This document shows positions 46,404-59,010 of a stretch of DNA of 64,000 nt, piece after piece. How positions within the stretch are numbered: the stretch's first letter is position 1; each line of letters opens with the position of its first letter. The notes below the pieces were generated by a model, which saw only the letters and a list, made by a program, of their open reading frames with translations, was not told the origin of the DNA and did no database searches. The position numbers and the translations under genes are program-made. The stretch is from Eutreptiella sp. 'Long Island Sound 2002' (taxonomy: Eukaryota; Protista; Euglenida): contig OZ038379.1 in assembly GCA_964036045.1 (NCBI GenBank), positions 3,410,001 through 3,474,000 on the forward strand, read 5' to 3'.

Positions 46404-48649
46404 ACGCGCTGCCAAGAATTCCAACCTACCACAACTCATTTAGAACCGCAACCCGACAAGGACATGTCCTTTGCTGCAAGTTGCAACGGTACACTGGCAT
46501 CATTTCTTCGTACCTCAAGAGCAATATCTTATATGTGAGTGCGGCGTGAAATGATGTAACACAATTAAACACAATTTCTCTGGTGGCCATGATTTGCACA
46601 ACGAACTGATCAAGTACACAACGCACACCGCGCGCACCTCGCTGCAGTTTCAATAGAATTTAGTTGCTAATCTTGAATTTTCGTTCTCGTGAAGAACAAG
46701 ATTTTCCCACCAAAGGTGCCAAAAAACTTTTGAGCATAAAGAAGGCGCTAAAAAGAAGTTTCATCTCGCCCTTTGAGGACGTAGATGACATTGCCATTTC
46801 CAAACGCGACAAATTTTTGTGCACAAGTTGCCAAGTGATGGCCAAAGCGGCACCCTATCGCATTTCCTGTGCAAGCTTCATGTGCTGATACAAGAGTCGA
46901 ATGTAAGAGTTGAACCAAAACTATGTTGGGCAATCCAATATGTCCAAAGGTTCTTCACGTGTTCAAGGATAGCACAAAATTTGAATCTCCAAGATTGCTA
47001 TTCCGTCCTTTGAAGGCTTTTGAATCCACCTCACATACAAGAAGATAAGCAATTTCATCAAACCACTGGCCACACATCAAATAAAATATCTTGCTTTGTT
47101 CCATTCCCCTGTGAAGGCCTCTAATAGTGGGGTCAATTCCAGCCCACTATGTCTTCACTACAGAAAGGGGAGCTAGCACCCCAATAGATTGGAATGGGCT
47201 GTCTGATGCACGGTGTGCACTCGACAGGCCACGCAAACAAATGAACAAAGCAGTGCGCCTCACGGATGTGCGTGGGAGGGTTCGACACACTCCGTGGCAG
47301 AACTATTGTGCGTCGCAAACAAAGGTAAAAAACCCAAACTGGGAACAATGGGATTGGATGCTATGGGTACAGAAAAATGCAGTTGTACGCAGTGGGATCA
47401 ATTCTTCCATTTTGACCCACAGCGGCGAATTTTTCCATCCCACTTTCTTGAGACACAACGGGAGTGCTTCATACCCGTGATGTGTTGTGTGAAATTCATT
47501 GCCCTGGTGGAACTTGCACAAACGGCCCCAAAAGCCTCTTGCAAAGTGGTGCAAGTGTCCCTCCTGAACCAATGCAAAACAGCAAATGTTATTTGCTCTT
47601 TCGAATTTGCGAAGAGTCATCGATGGTCCCGGGTCGCCTCGTTGATGGCACACGGAGTAAACTCCGTTAGCATCATTGAAAGCCCTCCAACATTTCATAC
47701 TCATTGGGTGATGGTTTAGCAAATTTCACCTAAACATGTAAAGCAAACTAACAGCCATTGGAGATATGCCTACGGGTGTCTGGAGCCAGGGTCACGTTCA
47801 TTGCTGTCATGCATCGCTCCTATTTTTATTTGCTGTCAGGTGCACAATTGAAATGGGAGAGACAAGGGCAGTGATGCTTTTTTGGGGGGGGGGGGGTTGA
47901 GACCATGAATGCACAAGCCAAAACATCCGTAATGACACATAACATAGTATGTGCCTCTAGTATTACCAATGTGCCTCTAGTATTACCAGCATTGGTGGAT
48001 GGAATTTTACTTCAGACGCTGTTAAGACTATGCTCTTTGGTAGCTCATGCACGCCTGGTAGATGAGTCGTAGCATAGAGGGGGGCAGACGTCCAAAGAAA
48101 AGAAACACACCGCTGGGAAAAGGAGAAAAACACATGCGACTGTCAACAGTCGCAGTGTTGTGCACTTGGGGGAGCGTCCATTAAGGCTGGTTCCTGTGCA
48201 GTACCACTGGTGTCCAGTCCTAGGTCTAATTTGTGACGTGCTTCGAGATGATCGAGGTCATTTGCGGTTGTTCGGGTCATGGTACAACATGGGACATCAC
48301 GGAAATGAACAATTGGGGCTTTGTGACAGTTTCCCTCCCTTGTGGGGTTGCATGGGGTGTGTTAAAAAAGGTTTTGCATGAATTCCCAAAAGTAGACTCG
48401 TAGTGGTAGCTTCATATTGATGCCAAAATTTGAACATGAATTTCGACAGTTCTGTATTCTGTGATGAGGGTGAAGCACGCTTTGGAAAGACTGTCCATCT
48501 CACCCCTCGTTGGACCAATTCAGATTGAGGATGCAATGAATCAATGTTTGGGTTGCTTCATTTCTGCAGTGCTCCTATTTGTCATTTCAGCATCAAGCAA
48601 ATTTCTTCCAACTCGGTCTCAGCACCCGCTAGTGCAGTTTGGAGGGTAG

Positions 48650-49090
48650 TAAAAGATTGCCATTTGTAGAAGATGGGGATAAATACTGTTGTATGAATTG
48701 ACAAGAAACAGATCGCCAGCTCTTATGAACATGGGGGGAAGTCCTAGGGTCAGGGATTCTTTCTTCATTGTATACGTGTCACAGCGCGGCCTTGCAACTC
48801 ATTCGAAATACCGAGGTTCAAGGTTCCAAATTCAGGCTCATGCAAGTGAACAGAAGGCATACAAAGCACAGGGGGGATACATGAAGCTTTGCTGGCCTTA
48901 AGACCAAATTGTAATTGACATGTGTCCCAGGTGTAAATTTTTTTGGGAATGCTTTGCCAAACAGCTGTTCAGCAGGACGGGGATTGCGCCCATAACTCTG
49001 CCCTTGTTGGCCATGGTACCCTGCTTCAGGGGACCTGGGAACCTGGGAAGGCGTTCACGAAAAGCAAACCTGTCTATCAAACCATTTGCA
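48650..49090 (-). mobile_element. Possible decayed transposase fragment (Plavaka-like)
   Basis: IDRFAFRERLPRFPGPLKQG recalls the DRRF..LP.FPGL motif. The rest is degraded. Confidence 0.25.
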
Positions 49091-49299
49091 GGTAAAATTT
49101 GCAGCCCAAGTGCTGTTCACTTGCTGCAACTGTTCTTGCAGTGGGGAGGGGGGACAAGGTTGGTCCCAACAGTCTGCCACATGTGAAACGGAGTTGTGGG
49201 GGAGGTAGGGGGCACCCAAAGGACAAGTTCATTGCTGTGTGGACATTCTGTGTGGCAAGCAGAGCAACATTATGGATTGTGTGTATAGCCTTTGGTGTC

Positions 49300-49495
49300 G
49301 AAAGAAGTATCCATCATCTTTGTTGAGCACCACTAGTGTCCTTGTGAAGCGATTATCCCCAATGGTGTTGAAAGAAGTATCCATCATCTTTGTTGAGCAC
49401 CACTAGTGTCCTTGTGAAGCGATTATCCCCAATGGTGTTGAAAGAAGTATCCATCATCTTTGTTACTAATGTCTTTTTGAAGCGATTATCCCCAA
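49300..49495. repeat. 70-bp tandem repeat, ~2.8 copies
   Basis: aaagaagtatccatcatctttgtt begins at 49301, 49371 and 49441. Confidence 0.95.
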
Positions 49496-51519
49496 TTATC
49501 CCCCAATCTGGGAGAAGGCACGAGAATTTGTTGAGATCACATCCACAGAATTGGCACATAATACTCTGCCTCCTCACAAAAAGATGGTTTGGTGTGGACA
49601 CCGATGTCCAGTCATGGGATTTGTCCCATGTTGGGCAGAGCGCCTCAAGAAGCAAATTTAAATGCGCCCCAATATTGACACACTTAACAGTGTTCTTGTA
49701 TAACTATGGAGGCGCATTGAGGCGGCGGCTATGATGGGGCAAGGTCTGATGGCTCCAATAAGGAGGTTTCTCCCATGGCTGCACCATTCCATGGAGAGAC
49801 AAAAAACGTCACAAAACCTAGTTTTCCTAATTTTCCTAGGTTTCCCCAGAAACTGCAGAGTTGCCCCCAGAGGCTGTATGGAGGATTGTAGAAGGTTGTT
49901 GGGCGTACAAAAGCGAGTGTTGTGGCTTGCTGCCAAAGAACAATGCATAGGGGCATCGGGAGGTTTGCAGCATTGGTCTGGCTACAAACAATCTGTGGTT
50001 CTGCACCACCACCCACTGTAGAGGGTTTGGTTTGCTTCAGCCTGTCAGCTGCAGCTTTTATCACCCTCTGTCCATCAGCAGCAGGTCCAAAGGCTGAGAG
50101 CGTTCACAGCTGAAAGGCTCAGCATCCCATTTCACTGGATTCCCACTGGATTTCTGAACTGTGTTTCACAGCAGAATACAGAGCAATTATTGCATCTTGG
50201 CTGGGGTTGCTATGGTCTTGGTATATTTTCTCAGTGCAGTGGAATTGGCATCTGTTGTGTGCTGCTGAGCTGTCATCTTCTTCTTTTATGCAGGTTGGGG
50301 AAGCTTGGGGCGGTGGGGCATCACCCCCTTGCTTTCATGTGCATCCCACACGTTTCTCTTTCTTTCTCGGATCCCCCTCCTGTTTCTGTGCAGCAAGACA
50401 CTACCGCACCACAGGGGTGTGATTTGTTTTTAACCCTACGTCCAACCAATGTATAGTATTCGAGCCCTCGGGATGGGAAGGAAGGGTTGCCCTCGATTTG
50501 TGCGATTCTTCAATGACAGAGGGGAGGCCATGTTCTTCCGTAGCGTTGTCCATGGCCGACCGCAGCCCTGGCGACAGGAGAAGCAGGTGACCTCACTGGC
50601 TCTATATTGCCGTTCGCCCTCTCCAACTGTTTACAATCCTCGCCGTGGTCCCAGCGCTCAAAAATACCCTCTCCTGTCCCTGCCAATCTTCACCAATCTT
50701 CTGCCAATCCTCACCAGTCTGCATACCAACCCTCTATTCCTGCAGGGCCTGCCAACCGGTAGCACGTACACGAGGCTAGGGGTGCGCGCCAAGGCTGACC
50801 AGGCCAGCAGGCTGTGTCAAGCGAGAGAATGCCTGGGTGCCCAATGTCAGCAGCTCCTGGTGGGTTTGGGAAGGAGTAAAGGCAAGCAAAGCACTTTTTG
50901 CAAGAGTAATTCCCTGGGTTGACGAACATTTTTTTCACCTGAGAGGAGGCACTCATCTGTATCACAGCTGCGAATTTACACCATTCATTGTCGAGGCAGT
51001 GTAAGATTTGGAAGCGTGGCTCACTACCGCCCCCCCACCTGGTGAGAGTAATGCCCTTGTCAGAGCAATATTGGGGTTTGTTTCCGCAATTTTTTGAACC
51101 ACGGAATTTGGCGCTTCCTTTTTCTGGTGGTCCATGAAGATAAATTTTTTGTGGCCTGGGGCTGGGGGATGGTACCCCACCATCCCCCCCGGGTCCCCAA
51201 AGAAAACGCATCAGTTTCACATGGTGGTTTTTCTGCACCCTCTTGTGCTATGTTGATGCAATTAGGGTCCCCTCTCCTGCTCTCAACTCCTTCCTCAGCA
51301 TCAATTGAAATGGACAGTTGATGTGAAACTAGGGGGGGGCGCAAATGGTGTCACTTTAAAAAATTGTTTTCATTCTTTCTTAGTTAAGCGATGCTATCTA
51401 CAAGGTGGGGACAGTGACAGTGAAATTATTTTCTGCGAAGTCTGTGCAGGGGGGATTTTAGGGTTTGGGCAACACCTTTGGGGACAAGTTGCATTTTACA
51501 TGGAACATCCCCGAGGAAA

Positions 51520-51933
51520 TGTGTATCCCTGTGGCACGCATCAACTGTGCCCAAACCTGCACCCAAACGTGCAAAGCAGCCCAAGGCAAAGCCTGCTGCA
51601 GCCAGCCATCCTGTCGCTGATGGGGACAGCAGTTCAACACTCTGCGGCACCATAAGAGGAAGTTTTCCACTGTCCCTGCGGTGAAAAACTTCTGCTTGTT
51701 TGCATCATGTGCCTCGCACCATGAGCATCTGTGCATGTTAGCGAGTATCTAGAAGTATTTGACAAACAACAGCAAGCAAGTGACTGGCCGTGAGTTGTGC
51801 ACCATGTGGGCTGATAAGTGTGTGGTCTGCGGTGGTGTCCAACCCCCTCTTGGGGGTGAACTATCACTTGGTGACAGTCTGCCCTGGGGGGAACCATCGT
51901 CCCGGGGGGGGGGGGGGTCAAAGGGGGGTGAGG
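51520..51933 (-). mobile_element. Diverged, inverted member of the 3971-4647 element family
   Basis: Shared segments (atgatgcaaacaagca; ccaaacctgcacccaaac; KPAPK..AKPAAAS) and a poly-G end followed by TA. Confidence 0.6.
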
Positions 51934-54116
51934 GTATTTTAGGGATACTGATTGCTGTCCTGCCACCCTTTTTCACCTCTCTTGTCCTTTGGAGGTGGAG
52001 ATTGGGTAATCGGCAGGTGATTAGTATATTCACAACGCAATGGTCGCTGCTGTGTCTTTTTGTGGCGCCCGCGAACAACGCTCTTGTCAGAGCAACACTA
52101 GGTGTTGTCTGGGGACCATTTGGGGACCCCTGACATCTATTTGAGCTCCATGGCACACAGGAGAACAAGGTCCTCTGGGGCCCAATTAGAGGTGATCCAG
52201 TCAAGTCTTTAGATGCACCAGAATCTGAAGTTTGGATCCTTGGTTCAGTATAGTCTGTGTTTTGTCTGTTTGTGTCCGGTTTGTAGTCTCTTTCTTTGCT
52301 TTCTAGGGGTTTGTCTGGGATGGCTGTAGAAGAGTTTCTCATGCTTTCAGTGTCGTGTCAGGCAGCTTTCTCTGCCCTTCCCAACTACAATTGGTGTTTG
52401 CATCTTTGATACAGAATGCACTTGCACACATTTACATGCCCAGCCTGCCATTATGTTCTCAAACTGCCTATCAGCAGGGAGGGCAGTAACATGCCCCCCT
52501 CTTTCTCTTTCTGCTATCTTCTGCAACCCTCTGCAATCCTCTGCAATCCTCAATGTACACCAGTGGGGATTTGGGGATAGCTTTGGCAGGGAAAAGTTTA
52601 GGCAGGGCACCCCCCAGATTTTGATGCCGGACAATTAATTTGATTTTAACACCCCCCAGATTTTGATGCCAGACAATCAGTTGCAGCAAATTTGACACCC
52701 CCACATTTTGGCTGTTTTGTGGACAAACAGTTGCAGGAAATTTCGGCAGACCCAAGTTTTGGACAATGACAAATCAGCAGTCACCTACAAAAAAGCTAGG
52801 CCTAACTCCATACTGAGGGTGGGTGCTAACTTCAGGAAAGGCTGCCATGAGGGTCCAGTTTCCTCAGGTCCACACAGGTCCACACAGTACTGCATTGCCA
52901 GTGTCCAAATTACTGATTGTGCCCAACCATTGACCCTGGTTGTGACTCCCTAAAGGGCGCCACACCTCTTCAAAGCTCGCAAGGTGGAAAGTGACAGCAG
53001 CCATAGAGGCAAATCCTGCAGCATTCAGGGCAGTGGCATACTGGTACCCCAAAGTAGTCAAAAAGTGTAACATATCAACCTCTGGGGGTTGGTGGAAGCA
53101 CTGCAGAGGATGGAGGATGGGCTGCTGCCATCCAAAGAAGAGGAAAAGAATGTGAGGCAACCACCACCCAGTAGCTCGGATGCTGACTGTGCTGCACCTG
53201 TGAAACATTTTTCAAGAGGTGCTTGGTGCTTGGTGGGGGGTGCTTGGAGCAAGTAAGATTTTTAGTGACAACCCTATGCTCTCCATAGCCACAACTCAGG
53301 GGCAGGTCCTGGGTCGTAGTTGGTCCGTTGCCAAGTTGTTATCGAAAATGAATACACAGTTGCTACTGTGCCCAATGCCTCTTACTGCCACAGCACAGCA
53401 GTATTCAGTAGCCTTTGCTGCCACAGTGTGCTTTCTACTGACGGAATGCTTTCCAGGGCCACGCCACACAATTGCCTGTTACTGCCACAAAGCAGCAGGC
53501 TTTTCAATGGCACAGCATCTCCTGGTGCTGCAGCCGCAGTCATTTGCCGCTTTTTGGAAGCCCTTTTTTGCGCAGCCTTTTTTTTGTTCCAGACTTTCAG
53601 CCTTGCTGCCATTGAGTGAGACATGGTGCTGCAACTGGAGAGCAACTGTTGCTTGGGTGTAGCAGCTAATAGTTTGTCGGGTGCAACATGGTTTGTCGCC
53701 ACAATGAAGCACCCTTTTGCCACCGTGCAGCTGTCACCATGCTGCTGTTCTGCGGGAAATTTGGCGGCTGGGTTGCAGAGGGCTGCAACGAGTTGCAAAC
53801 AAAGGGTCCCAAAGGGTTGTAGAAGGCACAACAGCACACAGCCGTGGGGCGGTTTCTGAATTTGAACCGTCTTGTGGGCCCCTTGACTGCCTGTAGGCAA
53901 GCGACTGTTGGTCAACCCAGCTTTTTTTTCCCCTTCACGCCGCCTGTACTGGGGCCGGCGTGCCATCGCCCCCAAGGGGTTCCCAAATATTGCAGCACCA
54001 GGGCAACAAAATGCCGCTGCACGTCGCAGCAAAGAGTCACCACACAGCGACCCTCCTAAAATTTTCTGCACCCCTCTGCAGCCCTCACCACCCCTGTATG
54101 GCACCCATTTTCACAG

Positions 54117-54539
54117 GTCCCGCCCAATCCTACTCAATTGAAGTGGCAATGGGAGCCAGAGCACATTCCGACTGCCGAAGAGTATGAGATGTTTCCAGAG
54201 GTGGTAACCCTTTTCGGTGGCGACACAAACCCACTGCAGAAGTATGTGATTGACGAGCTTGCTAAGACCCCTGAGGTGTCCACTGTCCGTGTGGGCACGC
54301 TCTTCCCCGATGAGTTTGCAGCGAACCTACCAGCGGCGTGGCTGGACAAGGTGGTAGCTGAGTATGTGGACATTACAGACCAGCACAGCGTTCTGGCCGC
54401 CTCGGAGGGCAGCCAGGCCCTGGTCAACATGTTTGACATTCCTTATGAGGTCGAGCTCAGCTTCTATGATGCTCACGTGGGTGCCTCAAAGATTATCAGT
54501 CACGCCGCCAACACTGTCTTCGCCTCGCGCGTCATCCAG
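54117..54539 (+). CDS. Internal exon of an NDUFA9-like (atypical SDR / complex I 39-kDa-type) protein
   Basis: Acceptor tttcacag| and donor cag|gtgcgg bound 141 codons. VVTLFGG....KYVIDELAK...VDITDQHSVLAASEGSQALVN...SFYDAHVGASKIISHAA...SRVIQ parallels NDUFA9 (VTVFG..RYVVN.LAK...D.RD..SI..A......VN...SF.DVHV..A..IA). Confidence 0.75.
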
Positions 54540-54785
54540 GTGCGGGGTTTTAATGAGTTGCAATATTTTGAGACGAGGGTTGGGTCTCAAGTGGAGGGGA
54601 ATGAGGATTTCGTCCTGGAGTTGTGTAGTGCCATGAGATGGCAAAGCAATATGCTGCTGTGTGGTGTGGTGCCACAGCATGGGATTTCACCTTGTGCTGT
54701 GGTGTGCTGAGCTGTGCCGTGCTGTGCTGTGTTGTGCTGTGTTATGGTGTGGCATTTAACGGTGTGGTGGGGGTGTGCTCTGCGG

Positions 54786-54962
54786 CGCTGTGCGGTGTGG
54801 TGCGGTGCGGTGCGGTGTGGTGTGGTGTGGTGTGGTGTGGTGTGGTGTGGTGTGGTGTGGTGTGGTGTGGTGTGGTGTGGTGTGGTGTGGTGTGGTGTGG
54901 TGTGGTGTGGTGTGGTGTGGTGTGGTGTGGTGTGGTGTGGTGTGGGTGTGGTGTGGTGTGGT
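54786..54962. repeat. (GTGTG)n pentanucleotide microsatellite
   Basis: Long tgtgg run. Confidence 0.98.
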
Positions 54963-55099
54963 GCAGTATGTGGTGTGGTCTGGGCGACCACGGCCATGGG
55001 CGACCGCTGTCATGGGCCAGTGCGGGCATGGGCTACTGTGATCATGGGCGACTGCGGTGTGCTGTAGTGCCCTCGCCTTTTGGGGGCTACTATCCTCGC

Positions 55100-55790
55100 C
55101 GGCGGTCCAAAACGTGTGACCACTGGCTGGTCAAGACACCCGTCCCCCCACCCCGTGACCCCGCGCCTTTTGGAGGCACCCCTGCCGGCACTTGAAACGT
55201 GCAACCACCAGCTGGACAGGGTATCCCATCCCTCAAGCCCGTGACCCCGCGCCTTTTTGGGGCCACCATCCCACACAGGCGCTTCGAAATGTGCGCCCAC
55301 CAGTTGGGCGGGACACCCCGTCCCCCTAGCCTGTGAACCCACGCTTTTGCAGGCCACCATCCCCCGCCGGCGCCTTGAAACTTGTAACCACCGGTGGGAT
55401 AGGGCATCCCATCCCTCCATCCCATGACCCCGTGCCTTTTGGGGGCTACCATTCCCTGCTGGCGCTGTGAAACGTGCAACCACCAGCTAGGCAGGTGCCC
55501 CCATCTCTCTAGCCCGTGACCCCGCGCCTTTTGGAGGATCCGCCGCCGTGCTCCGAAACGTGCAACCACTGGCTGGACATGGCGTTGCGTCCCCCTAGCC
55601 CGTGACCCACACCTTTTGGGGCCTACCATCCCTTGCCGGCACCTTGAAACGTGCGACCATTGGCTAGGCAGGACACCCCGTCCCCCGAGCCTATGAACAC
55701 GCACCTTTTGGAGGCTACCATCCTCCGCTGGCGCTCCGGAACATGCGACCAGTAGCACGTCAGGACACTCCGTCCCCCCAGCCGGTGACC
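55100..55790. repeat. Degenerate ~90-bp tandem repeat, ~7-8 copies
   Basis: gaaacgtgc(a/g)accac...cccgtgacccc.cgccttttgg recurs about every 85-93 bp. Confidence 0.85.
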
Positions 55791-55839
55791 CAACATTGTG
55801 GTAGTGTACTAAGGAAATCCTACTACCCACCGCCCCCAA

Positions 55840-58800
55840 GCAATGAGGCAGTGTATTGAAGGAGTCCCAATGCCCACTACTCTATAGCCCTATGGCAGTG
55901 CACCGAAGAAGTTCCGCTGTCCACTGCTTCCTCGCAGTGTGGCAGTGTACTAAAGGAAGTCCACTGCCCCCTGCCCCGCAGCATTGTGGCAGTGTGCAGC
56001 AAGAGCACTGCTGTCCACTACTCCCCGGCAATGTGGCGGTGTATTGAAGGAGTCCCACTACCCACTACCCCCGGTCAGACGGTGTGCGGCGGTGTACTGA
56101 AGGAGTCCCACTGCCCACTACCCCCCAGCACTCAGACGGTGTGCAGGAGGAGTTCCACTGCCCACTGCTCCCCAACAGATGGGCGGTGTACTAAAGAAAT
56201 CCCAATGCCCAGTGCTCTGAGCAGTGTGGCAGTCTATTAAAGGAGTCCTACTGCCCACTGTTCTTCAGTAATGTGTGGCAGTGTTCGCAAAGAGCTCCAT
56301 TGCCTACTGCTCCCTAGCAATGTGGCGGTGTATTGAAGAAGTCCAGTGCTCACTGCCCGCCAGCAGTGTGGCAATGTACTAAAGGACTGTACCGCCCACT
56401 ATTCCCAAGGAATGGGGTGGTGTGCAAAAGGAGTTCCACTGCCCAGTGCTCCCCAGCATTTCTGGTGGTGATTTGCAAGTTTCCCGCTGCCCATTGCTCC
56501 TCAGCAGTGTGGCAGTGCACTGAAGGGGCCCCATTGCCCGCTGCTTTGTGGCAGTGTGCAGAAGGAGCTCCAAAGCCCATTGCTCCCCAACAATGTGGCA
56601 GTGTACGGACGGAGCTCCACTGCCCCTTGCTCCCAAGCAGTGTGGTAGTGTACGTGAGGAGTCCCATTGCCCACTGCCCCTAGGCAGTGCGCCGGTGTAC
56701 AAAAGGAGTTCCACTACCCACTGCCCCAAGGCAGTGAGGCAGTGTATAGAAGGAGTTCCCCTTCCCTCTGCCTCAAGGTAGGGGGGCAGAGAACAAAAGA
56801 CGATATGCTGCCCACTGCCCCCATGCAATGTGGGAGGGTACCACAGGAGCTCCGCCGCCCGCTGCCCCCAGGCACTGTGACCGCAGGACTTCAGGTGCCC
56901 ACTGCCCCCCAGGTAGTGCGGCAGTGTACCGCAAGAGCTGCGCCGGTCGCTGCCCCCACGCAGTGTGAGTGCAGGAGTTCCACTGCCCAATGCCCCCGGG
57001 TAGTGCAGCAGTACCGTAGGAGCTCCGTTGCCCACTGCCCCAAGGCAGTGAGGCAGTGTATTGACGGAGTTCCATTGACCATTGCTCCCCAGCAGTGTGG
57101 CATTGAACTAAAGGAGTCCCACTGCCCACTGCTCCTCGGCATTGTGGCTGTGTGCTAAAGGAGTCCCACTACCTAGTGGTGTGGCAATGTACTAAAGGAG
57201 TTCCAATGCCCACTGCTCCCTAGCAGTGTGGCAGTGTACGGAAGGAGTTCCAGTGCCCACTGCTCTCTGGCAGTGTGGCGGTGCATAGAAGGAGTTCCAC
57301 TGCCCATTGCCCCAAGGCAATGTGACCGCCGGAGTTCTGCTACCCATTGCCCCCGGGCAGTGCGGCAGTGTATTGCACGAGTTCCACTGCCTAGTGCCCC
57401 AAGGCGGTGTGCCAATGTGCCACAAGACTTCTACCGCCCATTGCCCACAAGTGTGGCCGTGTACCGCAAGAGTACCACTCCCCCTTGCCCCAAGGTACAG
57501 TAATGTACCGCATGAGTACGACTCCCCACTGCCCCAAGGCAATGTGGCAGTGTACCGTAGGAGTTGCATTGCCCACTGCCCCAGGGTAGTAGGGCAGAGG
57601 ACATGAGAAGCTCCACCGCCCACTGCCTTGAAGCAGTGAGGCGGTGAACAGACGGAGTTCCACTGCCCACTGCCCCCATGCAGTGGCGCCATGTATCGCA
57701 GGAGTACCACTGCCCACTACCCCAAAGCATTGCGGCAATGCACAGGGGTTCCACTCCCCACTGCCTGCAGGTAGTGCGGCAATGTACCAAAGAAGTCGCA
57801 CTGGCCACCGCCCCTAGGCAGTGTGGTGGAGCAACGTAGGAGTTCCACTGCCCACCACCCATAACCTCAGGTGTCCCACTCCCACTACCCAAGGCACTGC
57901 AGCAGTGTACTGAATAAGTTCCGCTGCCCACCGCCCCAAGGCAGTGCACCAATATACCGCAAGAGTACCACTCCCAACTGCCCCAAGACAGTGTGGTAGA
58001 GCACCGCAAGAGTTCCACTGCCCGCTACCCATAGGCAGTGCGGCAATGTACCGCATGAGTTCCACTGCCCACTGCCCCAAGGTAGTGTGGCAATGTACCG
58101 CTGGAGTTCCACTGCCCATTGCCCCAAGGCAGTGGGGCAAGAGAATTTCCACGGTCCACGACCCCAAGGCAGTGAGGCAGTCAACAAACTCAGTTCCACT
58201 TCCCACTGCCCCCAAGTAGTGCGGCAATGTATCACGGGAGTTCCACAGCCCATTGCCCCAAGGCATTGCGGTAGAGCACAGCAGAAGTTCCACTGCACAT
58301 TGCCCCGAGGCAGTGCAGCCGTGTATTGCAGAAGTTCCACTGTCCCAAGGTAGTGCGGTAGTATACCACGGGAGTACCACTCCGCACTGCCCCCGGGCAA
58401 TGCAGCCGTTTACTGCAAGAATCCCACTGCCCACTGCCCCCAAGTAGTGCAGCAGTGTACCACACAAGTTCCACTCCCCACTGCCCCTAGGTAGTGCCAT
58501 GTGTCAGTAGGAATTGCATTGCCCACTGCCCTAAGGTAGTGGGGCAGAGGATAGGAGAATGAGGCGGTGGACAGACAGAGTTCCTTTGCCAACTGCCTCC
58601 ATGCAGTCTGGCAATGTACCGTAGGAGTTGCATTGCCCACTGCCCAAAGCAATACGGCAATGCACAACACAGGTTCCACTGCCCACTGCCCCCAAGCAAT
58701 GCGGCAATGCGGCAAGCACTGCGGCAATGTAACATAGGAGTCCCACCGGCCACTGCCCCGAGGCAGTGCGGCTGTGCACCGCAAGTGTACCACTACCCAC

Positions 58801-59010
58801 TGCCTGCAGTGCGGCAATGTACAGAAGGATCTCCATTGCCCACTCGTGTGGCGATGTACTACATGCCGCCCACGGCCCGCTGCCCAACACATTATGGCAG
58901 TATATGGGAGGAGCCCCGCTACCCACTGCCCGCTGCATGCAGTGTGGTAGTGAACTACAAGATCTCTTCTACCCACTGCCCATTGTGTCCTCGTGGAGAG
59001 GGAGAGGACA
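55840..59010. repeat. Degenerate ~40-bp satellite, ~3.1 kb
   Basis: Consensus near ggcagtgtggcagtgtac..aaggagttccactgcccactgcccc.a. It produces many low-complexity Cys/His/Trp ORFs in all frames. Confidence 0.92.

Noticed and set aside
46311-46549. Poly-Asp, poly-Met and poly-His ORFs
   Set aside because: They are frames of the (GAT)n microsatellite.
44450-47720. AT-richer block with short ORFs, considered as viral/foreign DNA or a decayed transposase
   Set aside because: No recognisable viral, transposase or enzyme motif; composition alone is not enough.
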